Positions 27,326 through 35,970 of a DNA stretch of 64,000 nucleotides are shown here, one piece after another. The notes beneath the pieces are model-generated. The model saw nothing but the letters and a program-made list of their open reading frames with translations. It ran no database searches and was not told the origin of the DNA. The stretch covers positions 20,832-84,831 of the forward strand of contig CALMZP010000046.1 in NCBI GenBank assembly GCA_937870635.1, given 5' to 3'. This DNA is from an uncultured Acidobacteriota bacterium (GTDB taxonomy: Bacteria > Acidobacteriota > Thermoanaerobaculia > Gp7-AA8). Each line of letters begins with the position of its first letter. Position 1 is the stretch's first letter. The translations under genes were made by a program, and so were the position numbers.

Positions 27326-30082
27326 CTAACGGGTCGGCGTGGCCTCTGCCGCCTTCATCAGATACCGCCCGGTGATGCTCTTTGCACTGGCGGCGACCTC
27401 GGCCGGCGTACCCTCCGCCACGAGCTGCCCGCCCTGATCCCCACCGTCCGGACCGAGATCGATGACCCAGTCGGCCGCTTCGATCAGCTGCAGATTGTGC
27501 TCGATCACAACTACAGAATTTCCGCGCGTGATGAGGTCCCTGAAGGTCTTGAGGAGCTGCTCGATGTCCGAGCGGTGGAGGCCGGTCGTCGGCTCGTCAA
27601 AGAGGAACAGGCGCCTCGTCTCACCCTTCATCGTCTCACTCATGAACGAGGCGAGCTTGAGGCGCTGAGCCTCGCCGCCGGAGAGCGATTCCGTCGCCTG
27701 GCCGACCCGGAGATAGCCGAGGCCGACCGAGCGCAATGAGTCGAGGCGGCGGAGCACAGCGCGCTTGTCGACGAAGAACTTCATTGCCTCGTCGACGGTC
27801 ATGTTCAGGATCGCGTCGACGTTCTTCCCCTTGTACGTGACCTTCAGTACCTGGTCCTTGAAACGCTTGCCGTTGCACTTGTCGCAGATGACTTCGACGT
27901 CGGCGAGGAACTGCATGTCGATCGTGACGGTACCGGCGCCCTCGCAGGCGTCGCAGCGTCCCCCGTCGGTGTTGAACGAGAACATCCCCGGCGTGATGCC
28001 GTTGAGTTTTGCGGAGGTCGTCTCCGCGAGGAGCTTGCGGATCTCGTCCCAGGCCTTCACGTACGTGGCGGGGTTCGAGCGCGTCGACCGTCCGATCGGC
28101 GATTGATCGACGAACTGCATGTCGTAGATGAAATCCGTTCCTTCGAGCGCATCGACCTTGCCGGCGTCGACGCCGGCGATACCGCGCACGTCACGCTGGT
28201 AACGGTTGAACAGGCAATTGCGGATGAGCGTCGATTTGCCCGAGCCGGAGACGCCGGTGACCGCCACGAGCCGGCCGAGCGGAATCGATACCGTGACGTT
28301 CTGCAGATTGTGCTCGCGCGCGCCGCGAACAGTGATCGAGCCTGCACTGCGGAGTGCGGAAGCTTGCTGCCGCTCAGGCTCGCGGCAGCTTGCTGCCGCG
28401 CTCTCGTCGGGCCGATACGGCCCTGAATACATCACCTCGCCACCGTTCTCTCCAGCGCCGGGTCCGATCTCGATGAGGTGATCCGCGCCGGCGATGATCG
28501 TCGGATCGTGTTCGACGACGATCACCGTGTTGCCCGCGTTCTTGAGCCGGCGCAGAACGGAGAGCAGACGCTCGCTGTCGCGCGTGTGGAGGCCGACTGT
28601 CGGCTCATCGATGACGTACATCGTTTCGGTGAGCGAGCTGCCGAGCGCCGCGGCGAGATTGATGCGCTGCGATTCTCCGCCCGACAGCGTCCGTGTCTGA
28701 CGATCGAGAGTGAGGTACGACAGCCCCACTTCGTCTAGATAGACGAGACGGTTCACGATCTCGCGCCGGAGGTGTCCGGCCATCTTCTCTTCGGTCTTCG
28801 AGAGCGGCAGGAACTCCCAGAACCGCCGCGCCGTCTTCACGTTCATGGCGAAAAAGTCGCCGACGGTGAGGCCGCGAAACTTCACGTTCGCGGCGGCGGT
28901 CTTGAGCCGCGAGCCGTGGCAATGGGGGCACGGCTCGTAGCTGCGGTACTTTGCGAGCTTCACGCGGACGTGGATCTTGTACTTCTTCGTCTCGAGCCAT
29001 TCGAAGAAGCCCTTGATCCCGTACCACTTCGCGCGTCCGTTGTAGAGAAGGTCCCATTCCTTCTCGGTGAGGTCCTTGATCGGCACATCGAGACGGATCC
29101 CATACTTCGCGGCGGCCTTCTCCAGATCCTCGTAGCAGTCCTCGTAGCCGGCGGAGTTCCACGGCGCGACCGGCAGCTCGTCGAGACGCAGTGCGCGATT
29201 CGGAATCACCTTCTCCATGTCGATGCCGATGATCCGGCCGTAACCCTGGCAATGCGTGCACGCGCCGAGCGGCGAGTTGAACGAGAAGAGGTGCGGCGTC
29301 GGTTCGGTGAACTCCGTTCCGCACTTGTTGCAGGCGAAGCGCGAGGTGAATCGATGGCTGATCCAGCCGTCTTCGCTCTCTTCGAGGATGTTGACGGTTC
29401 CCTTCGACAGATCGAACGCCTGCTCGATCGCCTCGCTGATCTGTCCCGGCTTCTCAGGATCGACACGCATGCGATTGATGACCAGCTCCAGCGAGCTGAA
29501 TCCCGTCGTGTCGACGTCCTTGAGGTCCTGGACCGAGTTGTTGATCCAGGCCCGGAAGAAACCGCCCTTCATCAGCTGGATGAGGACTTCCTCGCGGTTC
29601 ATCGGGTCGAAGAAGATCGGCGAGAGAACGACGATCCGCTTCCCCTTCAGCGTCGCCGTGACCTCATTTGCAATGGCCTCGGGATTTTCCTTGCGAACGA
29701 CCACGCCGCAGTCAGGGCATTTGGTCTCGCCCATCCAGGTCATGAACAGGCGGATGTGGTCAGCGAGCTCGGTAGCGGTCGCGACCGTGGAGCGGGCGTT
29801 CTTGACCGAGTTCTTCTGTTCGATGGCGATGGCGGGCAGGATCCCGTCGATGTCGTCGACGTCGGGTCGGTCGATCCGCTCCAGAAACTGCCGCACATAC
29901 GTCGACATCGACTCGACGAAGCGCCGCTGCCCCTCGGCGTAGAGGGTGTTGAAGGCGAGCGACGACTTCCCCGACCCCGAAGGGCCCGTGATCACGGTCA
30001 GCTGCCTCTGAGGGATGTCGACCGAGACGTTCTTGAGGTTGTGCGTGCGCGCGCCGCGGATCGCGATCGTGCGGGTAGGCAT
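27326..30082 (-). CDS. uvrA: UvrA-family ABC ATPase (excinuclease subunit A or a divergent paralog)
   Basis: 918 aa. Two ABC modules (GPSGSGKSSLAF, GVSGSGKSTL), LSGGESQR and LSGGEAQR signatures, and zinc modules CPDCG/CNKCG, CTHCQGYG, CPHCHGSRL and CDACEGAG...CDKCNGKR. The segment FFEWLETKKYKIHVRVKLAKYRSY replaces the canonical NLERRY.ETES block. Confidence 0.85.
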   Translation of the reverse strand: MPTRTIAIRGARTHNLKNVSVDIPQRQLTVITGPSGSGKSSLAFNTLYAEGQRRFVESMSTYVRQFLERIDRPDVDDIDGILPAIAIEQKNSVKNARSTVATATELADHIRLFMTWMGETKCPDCGVVVRKENPEAIANEVTATLKGKRIVVLSPIFFDPMNREEVLIQLMKGGFFRAWINNSVQDLKDVDTTGFSSLELVINRMRVDPEKPGQISEAIEQAFDLSKGTVNILEESEDGWISHRFTSRFACNKCGTEFTEPTPHLFSFNSPLGACTHCQGYGRIIGIDMEKVIPNRALRLDELPVAPWNSAGYEDCYEDLEKAAAKYGIRLDVPIKDLTEKEWDLLYNGRAKWYGIKGFFEWLETKKYKIHVRVKLAKYRSYEPCPHCHGSRLKTAAANVKFRGLTVGDFFAMNVKTARRFWEFLPLSKTEEKMAGHLRREIVNRLVYLDEVGLSYLTLDRQTRTLSGGESQRINLAAALGSSLTETMYVIDEPTVGLHTRDSERLLSVLRRLKNAGNTVIVVEHDPTIIAGADHLIEIGPGAGENGGEVMYSGPYRPDESAAASCREPERQQASALRSAGSITVRGAREHNLQNVTVSIPLGRLVAVTGVSGSGKSTLIRNCLFNRYQRDVRGIAGVDAGKVDALEGTDFIYDMQFVDQSPIGRSTRSNPATYVKAWDEIRKLLAETTSAKLNGITPGMFSFNTDGGRCDACEGAGTVTIDMQFLADVEVICDKCNGKRFKDQVLKVTYKGKNVDAILNMTVDEAMKFFVDKRAVLRRLDSLRSVGLGYLRVGQATESLSGGEAQRLKLASFMSETMKGETRRLFLFDEPTTGLHRSDIEQLLKTFRDLITRGNSVVVIEHNLQLIEAADWVIDLGPDGGDQGGQLVAEGTPAEVAASAKSITGRYLMKAAEATPTR

Positions 30083-30126
30083 TAGCTGATTTAGAACGTT
30101 TTGCGGGTGCGGACTCTTCCGCCGGG

Positions 30127-31113
30127 TCAGACTTTGATGTTGTGACGCTGGTAGAAGTTGTAATCACTGAGCCGCGTCCGCAGTTTTTCGATCACATCGG
30201 GAGGGAGCGCTCCCTCGGCCGCGGCCACGTTGCCTTCCACGTGGCGGACTGTTTTGGCTCCCGGGATCGTCGTCGACACGGCGTCGTGGGCCAGGACGAA
30301 CCTCAGGCTCGCCTCGGTCATGCTGCGCTCGGCGCCGCCGACGATCGAGCGCACTTCGTCCACGCGGGCCATCGCTTCCTCGAGGCGCTTCGGCGTCAAA
30401 AAGTTCTGGCGGATGTCATCGCTTCGGAAGACCGAGTCCTGGCGGTATTTCCCCGTGAGCAGGCCCGAGGCCAGAGGGACGCGGGCGATGATTCCGTAGC
30501 CGCGCGCTTTGGCAAGCGGGAATAGCTCGGATGCTGGAGCCTGATTGAGGATGTTGTAGAGAACCTGAAGGGCATAGCCCCAGTTCTTGTTGATGATCTC
30601 GATCCCTTCGTCGGGGTTGAAGATGGAGACGCCCCAGAAACGGATCTTGCCCAGTTCCTGGAGGCGATCCATGGTTTCCTGGATCTCTTCGCGGCGCAGA
30701 TCCTCCATCGTCGGATTGTGGAGCTGGTAAAGATCGATGTAGTCCGTGCGGAGTCGTTTCAGCGAGCCGTCGACGGCGTGAAGGATGTGCTCGCGCGAAA
30801 AGTCCTTCTTCAGTGTTCCCGCTGAGCTGCGGGCCACGCCGACCTTCGTGGCGATGACGACGTCGCGCCGGTGCCGCGACAGAACGATGCCCAGGAGAGA
30901 CTCGCTCCGGCCGAAACCGTAGCTGTCGGAGGTATCGAAGAAGTTGACGCCGAGGTCACGCGCGCGCCGGATGGCGGCGAGTGATTCGTCATCGCTGGTG
31001 CGTCCCCAGCCGAGCGGAGTGCCCGACGCTTCGGATGCGCCGCCGATCGCCCACGCGCCGAAACCGATCGTGCTGACGCGGATGCCAGTCTTTCCGAGAT
31101 CGCGGTACTGCAT
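30127..31113 (-). CDS. Aldo/keto reductase
   Basis: 328 aa. GFGAWAIGG, FFDTSDSYG, VIATKVG, and a C-terminal AKR pattern. Confidence 0.88.
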   Translation of the reverse strand: MQYRDLGKTGIRVSTIGFGAWAIGGASEASGTPLGWGRTSDDESLAAIRRARDLGVNFFDTSDSYGFGRSESLLGIVLSRHRRDVVIATKVGVARSSAGTLKKDFSREHILHAVDGSLKRLRTDYIDLYQLHNPTMEDLRREEIQETMDRLQELGKIRFWGVSIFNPDEGIEIINKNWGYALQVLYNILNQAPASELFPLAKARGYGIIARVPLASGLLTGKYRQDSVFRSDDIRQNFLTPKRLEEAMARVDEVRSIVGGAERSMTEASLRFVLAHDAVSTTIPGAKTVRHVEGNVAAAEGALPPDVIEKLRTRLSDYNFYQRHNIKV

Positions 31114-31262
31114 GCAGGTGTGATGATTGTAGCCGGACGGCGACGCGATGATCTCTACTTCACCGGTTCGAGTTCGACTTCGATCTCATCGGGCTCATGA
31201 ATCCACCGCCTGCCACTTCCGGCGTCGATCGCAGCGCTGATGTCTGCCTGACGTGAGCCGTT

Positions 31263-31718
31263 TCATGGGCGAGCGGGTTCGAGGTCGACGACGATCTCTT
31301 TTGGCTCGTAGGTGTACTTGGCACCGGTGAACTGATCGACCAGAAAGGCAACACCGCTCGTGAGCAGGGCGGCAGCGGTGTCGTATCCGAAGTCGCGGCC
31401 GTTCACGATCGTGGCCGTCGCGAGGATCGGGCTGAAGGCAAAGTTCGACCAGAAAGCTCCGCTGAAGCTCTGGTCGAGGTCGAGGCGCTGCGTCTTATGG
31501 CCAGCCCTCTCGACGGTCACGCTGCAACCCTGTGCGCGGCGCGGAATGACCAGCTTCGCCGGGGTGGTGCCTCGCGCTACCACGTTTCCTGCGCAGGAGA
31601 TGGACGCCGCTGCGCCATCGGGCCGGGAGTCGACGAAGATCGCGTCGCGGGATCCATGCATGACGGTTCCACAAGCGGTGAGGGCGAAAGCTGCGAGCGC
31701 GACGAAGACTCTGGTCAT
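31263..31718 (-). CDS. Lipoprotein (PEGA-like beta domain)
   Basis: 151 aa. Lipobox LTAC after MTRVFVALAAFA. The ATG overlaps the serA stop (ATGA). Confidence 0.7.
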   Translation of the reverse strand: MTRVFVALAAFALTACGTVMHGSRDAIFVDSRPDGAAASISCAGNVVARGTTPAKLVIPRRAQGCSVTVERAGHKTQRLDLDQSFSGAFWSNFAFSPILATATIVNGRDFGYDTAAALLTSGVAFLVDQFTGAKYTYEPKEIVVDLEPARP

Positions 31719-33298
31719 AGCTTTACCTGCTTCACTTCTTCCATCTCGCGATACGACTTCAGAAAGTTGATCGTGTCGGCATCGAGCGGCGAATCGACGG
31801 TGATGACCGCCATCGCCTTTCCACCGCTCTCGCCGCGGGCCAGGTTGTACTCCGCGATGTTGATCTCCCGGTCTCCAAGGAGCGTGCCGACCTTTCCGAC
31901 GACGCCGGGCACATCCTTGTTGATGATGTAAATGATGTGTCCCTCGGGCTTGAACTCCACGCGGAACGCGTTGACGGAGACGATGCGCTGGTTCTTTTCG
32001 CTGAAGAGCGTTCCCGACACGCAGACCTCCTCGGTTCCCGAGCCGGCGCGGAACGTGATCAGGTTCGTGTAGTCGTGCGGAGTCGGATGGGTCGTGGAGC
32101 TGATGGCGATGCCACGGTTCTCGGCCACGGACTCGGCGTTCACGAAATTCACCGATTCGGCGACGAACGGCGTCAGGACACCTTTCAGCGCCGCAACGGA
32201 GAGAATTTTGGTCAGCCGCTCCTCGATCCCCCAGAGCTCGATTGCAGCGCGGTTCACCGGACCATTGATGATCTGCGCGGCGAAGAGGCCGAGTTTTTCG
32301 GAAAGCTTGATCATCGGGGCCGCGTCCGCGTCTGAAAGACCCTCGAACGGCAGGTTTACCGCCGACACGAAAATGGACCCGCGGAGCGCTTCGACGACCA
32401 TCTCCGCGGTCTGAACGGCCACGCGATCCTGCGCCTCGATCGTGTTCGCTCCGATGTGAGGCGAGAGAATGATGTTCTTCGCGTTGAGCAGGGGATGGTC
32501 TTTTCCCGGCGGCTCGTCCGCGAACACATCCACCGCCGCGCCGGAGACCTTCCCGCGGTTGAGGGCATCAGCGAGTGCCTTCTCCTCGTAAATGCCGCCG
32601 CGGGCGACGTTCACGAGGACGACGCCGTCCTTCATCTTCGCGATGTCGTCCGCGCCGATCATTCCCCGCGTTTCGTCCGTCAGCGGTGTGTGCACGGTAA
32701 TGACGTCCGACTGTGCGAGCAGATCCTCGAGCGATACCTGTTCGGCTCCCACGCGCTCGAACGCGGTTGGCGCGATGTAGGGGTCATATCCGATGACATG
32801 CATCCCGAACGCGCGCGCCCGTACGGTGACGCGGCTGCCGATGCGGCCCAGGCCCACGACTCCGAGGGTCTTGCCGCTCAGTTCGATGCCCATGAACTTC
32901 GGTCGCGTCCACTCACCTCGCTTCACCGACGCATGCGCCTCGGGGATGTTCCGGCAAAGCGCGAGAAGCATCGCCATCGTGTGCTCGGTCGCCGACATGA
33001 TGTTCGCCGTCGGCGCGTTGATGACGAGGATGCCGCGCGCTGTGCACGCGTCGACGTCGACATTGTCGAGGCCAACCCCGGCGCGACCGACGATGCGCAG
33101 GCGTTCCCCTGCGTTCACGAGCTCCGGGGTCACCGCGGTACCACTGCGCGTGATCAAGGCGTCGGACTCGGAGACGGCCCGGAGAAGGTCGGAGCCTTTC
33201 AAGCCGGCCCGATAGTCGAGGTCGACGTCCTGAGCGGCACGAAGGATTGCCAGCCCTGACTCTGCGAGCGTGTCCGTAACGAGAACGCGATGCTTCAC
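31715..33298 (-). CDS. serA: D-3-phosphoglycerate dehydrogenase with ASB/ACT tail
   Basis: 527 aa. GVVGLGRIGS Rossmann motif, VNVARGG, SPHIGANT, and a C-terminal ACT-like domain. The GTG start overlaps the upstream stop. Confidence 0.93.
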   Translation of the reverse strand: MKHRVLVTDTLAESGLAILRAAQDVDLDYRAGLKGSDLLRAVSESDALITRSGTAVTPELVNAGERLRIVGRAGVGLDNVDVDACTARGILVINAPTANIMSATEHTMAMLLALCRNIPEAHASVKRGEWTRPKFMGIELSGKTLGVVGLGRIGSRVTVRARAFGMHVIGYDPYIAPTAFERVGAEQVSLEDLLAQSDVITVHTPLTDETRGMIGADDIAKMKDGVVLVNVARGGIYEEKALADALNRGKVSGAAVDVFADEPPGKDHPLLNAKNIILSPHIGANTIEAQDRVAVQTAEMVVEALRGSIFVSAVNLPFEGLSDADAAPMIKLSEKLGLFAAQIINGPVNRAAIELWGIEERLTKILSVAALKGVLTPFVAESVNFVNAESVAENRGIAISSTTHPTPHDYTNLITFRAGSGTEEVCVSGTLFSEKNQRIVSVNAFRVEFKPEGHIIYIINKDVPGVVGKVGTLLGDREINIAEYNLARGESGGKAMAVITVDSPLDADTINFLKSYREMEEVKQVKL

Positions 33299-34368
33299 GC
33301 GCGCGCCGCCTGTTCGAGATCAGCAAGCATCGCTTCGAGAGATTCGATGGTGATATCGCCCATGTGTCCGATCCTGAACGTCGATTCTTTCCACTCGCCG
33401 TAACCGCCACCGATCGCATAACCGCGCTCCCGCATCCGGTTTCGCAGGGTCTCGGGCGCAATCCTCGGTTTGAGAGCACTCACGGTCACGGATGCATGTG
33501 TGAGGTCGGAAGCGAGCTCGGTGAACGAGGCCGTCCGCTCGATGGTCATGTCGCGCATACGCCGGTGCCGCTCGAACCGCTTCGGTAGCGTCTCCTGGCG
33601 AAGGATGTAGTCGAGCTGTTTCGCCAGCGCGTAAAAATGGGGGATGGACGGAGTCGATGGGACGCTGCCGCCGTCCGCATGCTTCTTGTATTCGAGGAAG
33701 TCGAAGTACGTGCCGCGGTAGGGATGCTTCGCCGCTCTTTTCAGCGCCGCTTCGGAGACGGCAGCGACGGTGATTCCCGGCGGCAGCGCCAGACCTTTCT
33801 GAACGCTGGCAATGCAGACGTCGAGTCCCCATGCATCCACCTCGACGGGCATGCCGCCGAGAGCCGACACCGAATCGACGATGATGATTGAATCGGGGGA
33901 CTCGTCGCGCACCACCTTCGCCAGGGCGGCAACGTCGTTCGTGACGCCGGTCGATGTCTCGTTCTGCGTGATGGTCACGGCGTCGTAGTGGCCGCGGCGC
34001 GAGGCGATGTGATCGGCAAGCTCGCCGGGATCGACAGGTTGTCCCCACGCCGCGTCGAGGCGATCGGCCTCGAGGCCGAGCGATTGAGCGATCGCGTAGA
34101 ACCGTTCCGAGAACGCACCGCAAGTTGTGACCAGAACGCGCCGCGCCACGCAATTCTCCAGTGCCGCCTGCATCACGCCGGTGCCCGAGGATGTGACGAC
34201 GAACGTGTCTCCCTTCGTGGCGAAGAGCGGTTTGAGATCGGCGTTGATGCCTCCGAACAGCTCTTTGAACTCCGCGCCGCGGTGGCCGATCATCGGGCGG
34301 GTCATCTCCTGAAGAATTTCGGGGCGTACCCAGGTGGGACCGGGGATGAAGAACTTGCTCGGGGTCAT
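33295..34368 (-). CDS. Class-V aminotransferase (AGXT/serine-pyruvate type; probable phosphoserine aminotransferase given context)
   Basis: 357 aa. FIPGPTWV, TSSGTGVMQAA, DSVSALGG, and a SVQKGL PLP-lysine region. Translationally coupled to serA. Confidence 0.8.
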   Translation of the reverse strand: MTPSKFFIPGPTWVRPEILQEMTRPMIGHRGAEFKELFGGINADLKPLFATKGDTFVVTSSGTGVMQAALENCVARRVLVTTCGAFSERFYAIAQSLGLEADRLDAAWGQPVDPGELADHIASRRGHYDAVTITQNETSTGVTNDVAALAKVVRDESPDSIIIVDSVSALGGMPVEVDAWGLDVCIASVQKGLALPPGITVAAVSEAALKRAAKHPYRGTYFDFLEYKKHADGGSVPSTPSIPHFYALAKQLDYILRQETLPKRFERHRRMRDMTIERTASFTELASDLTHASVTVSALKPRIAPETLRNRMRERGYAIGGGYGEWKESTFRIGHMGDITIESLEAMLADLEQAARA

Positions 34369-34380
34369 CCGGGAATCATA

Positions 34381-34556
34381 GTGGAGCGGCGGGCGATCCC
34401 GCCCGCCCCCGACACGCGACCCGGCAGTTCATGCGATGCCTGGTGGAGCGCGGGCGACCTCGCCCGCGTGCATTTCTTTTCGTTCGCGGGGCGGGATCGC
34501 CCGCGGCTCCACCTGCTGCGAACACAGAAACGCGGGCGAGGTCGCCCGCGCTCCAC
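34381..34556. repeat. BIME-like cluster of four REP-like units
   Basis: Units at 34381-34407, 34443-34468, 34485-34512 and 34531-34556, with irregular spacers. Fills the whole serB-stop to aminotransferase-start gap. Confidence 0.9.
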
Positions 34557-35201
34557 CTACAGCAGGTGGGGCAGTACCGCGCGCAGATCGCGTTCCGCCA
34601 CATACACGTCGGCGGTTTCCTTCACGCGCGGCCGCACCGCAACGCCGCCGAATCCGATGAAGAGGTCCACGGCCGCCCGCGCTTCGAGATCCGAGACGCC
34701 ATCACCTACGAACGCTGCGCGGCCTTTCGACCGCGCTCGAGCGTCGCGCACGACGAGCTCCTTTCCACCGGGCCGCGCGAGAAAGGAGCGGCGGTCAAAG
34801 TCGCGATATGCGCCATCCTGATCGAACTGCAGCCGCACCGCATGAACGGCTCGATCGTCGAGCCCGAGGTGGCGCGCGAGCGGCAGGATGGCCTGTTCGA
34901 CGCCCCCGGTCACGAGGTGAATCGTCACACCCGCCTCTTGCAGGGTACGAATCGCTTCCTCGGCGCCCGTCACGAGCGACGTCCTGTACTGTTCGCCGAG
35001 CCTCTCCACCCGTTCGCGCGTCGGCCGGATGATCTCGAGCCTCTTCCCATAGACCTCGTCGAGCGGGATGTCACCGTTCATGGCGGCCGCGGTGAGACGG
35101 GCGATCTCGGGATTGCCGTCCGCCAGCTCGTCGATTCCCTCGATGGTGACCAGCGTCGAATCGACGTCGAAGAACACGAACCGGAATGGCGGCGAGGTCA
35201 A
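34557..35201 (-). CDS. serB: HAD-IB phosphoserine-phosphatase-like hydrolase
   Basis: 214 aa. FFDVDSTLV (DxDST), LVTGG, GDGVSD. The TTG start overlaps the upstream stop. Confidence 0.65.
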   Translation of the reverse strand: MTSPPFRFVFFDVDSTLVTIEGIDELADGNPEIARLTAAAMNGDIPLDEVYGKRLEIIRPTRERVERLGEQYRTSLVTGAEEAIRTLQEAGVTIHLVTGGVEQAILPLARHLGLDDRAVHAVRLQFDQDGAYRDFDRRSFLARPGGKELVVRDARARSKGRAAFVGDGVSDLEARAAVDLFIGFGGVAVRPRVKETADVYVAERDLRAVLPHLL

Positions 35202-35860
35202 GCGCCCGCTCCATTACCGACGAGCTTCACCAGATCGGAGAACCGTTCGAGCAGATGATCGGGCTTCGATGACACGAGTTGTTCGAGAGTCGACGATCCG
35301 GTCGCCAGCACTGCCACGTCGATGCCGGTGTTGCGCGCGGCCGCGACGTCGATCGGCATGTCCCCCACGAAGAGAGCGCCCTTCGCATCGAATCCCGCTT
35401 CCTCCATCGTCCGAAAAACATGGCGCGGATCGGGCTTGCGGGCACCGGCGACGTCCGGCCCGATGATCGCGCGGAAGTGGGTGGAAAGTCCGAGGAAGTC
35501 GAGGATCTTGCGGGAGAACGCGGTCGGTTTGTTCGTGCAGACCGCCATCGGTACACCTAGTCTCGTGAGCGCATCGAGAGTCGACTCGACGTCGTCCAGA
35601 ATTCGCGATTCGGCGCAGCAGATCTCGTCATAGCGCGATTCAAATGCGTCACGGACAGATGGCGGAACGTCCTCGAGCTCGAATGCACGTTGAAGGAGCT
35701 TCTCCAAACCATCGCCGACCAGATCGCGAATCCGTTCGGCAGGAAGGTCCTCCAGCGCATGCTCGCGGCGGGCATGATTGACCGCTTCGGACAGGGCAGC
35801 GTACGAGTCGACGAGCGTTCCGTCGAGATCGAACAGCACAGCCTGGTAGCGTTGGGCCAT
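35198..35860 (-). CDS. HAD-IA hydrolase (phosphoglycolate-phosphatase-like)
   Basis: 221 aa from ATG 35860. LFDLDGTLVDS, CTNKP, GDMPIDV. The maximal track ORF extends upstream through a REP element and was trimmed. Confidence 0.8.
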   Translation of the reverse strand: MAQRYQAVLFDLDGTLVDSYAALSEAVNHARREHALEDLPAERIRDLVGDGLEKLLQRAFELEDVPPSVRDAFESRYDEICCAESRILDDVESTLDALTRLGVPMAVCTNKPTAFSRKILDFLGLSTHFRAIIGPDVAGARKPDPRHVFRTMEEAGFDAKGALFVGDMPIDVAAARNTGIDVAVLATGSSTLEQLVSSKPDHLLERFSDLVKLVGNGAGA

Positions 35861-35882
35861 ACCGCCGCGATCATACTCGTGA

Positions 35883-35908
35883 CGCGGGCGAGGTCGCCCG
35901 AGCTCCAC
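35883..35908. repeat. REP-like copy
   Basis: CGCGGGCGA-GG-TCGCCCGaGCTCCAC in the divergent region between the HAD and VWA genes. Confidence 0.85.
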
Positions 35909-35970
35909 TCGTTTCGCGTTTTGCAACGGCACCCCGAAATGTTCGGAGGCTGGGGCCGCTTTGGAGTGTG

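Noticed and set aside
31160-31354. 64-aa minus-strand ORF in the AKR-lipoprotein gap
   Set aside because: It is out of frame relative to the lipoprotein and largely overlaps it. The only notable signal in the gap is the in-frame post-stop motif reported as a finding.
34381-34556. Possible CRISPR array (four similar GC-rich palindromic units)
   Set aside because: The units differ in length and orientation. Spacings are irregular and too short for spacers. The same unit occurs singly at many distant 3' ends, and no cas genes are present. The pattern fits a REP/BIME cluster.
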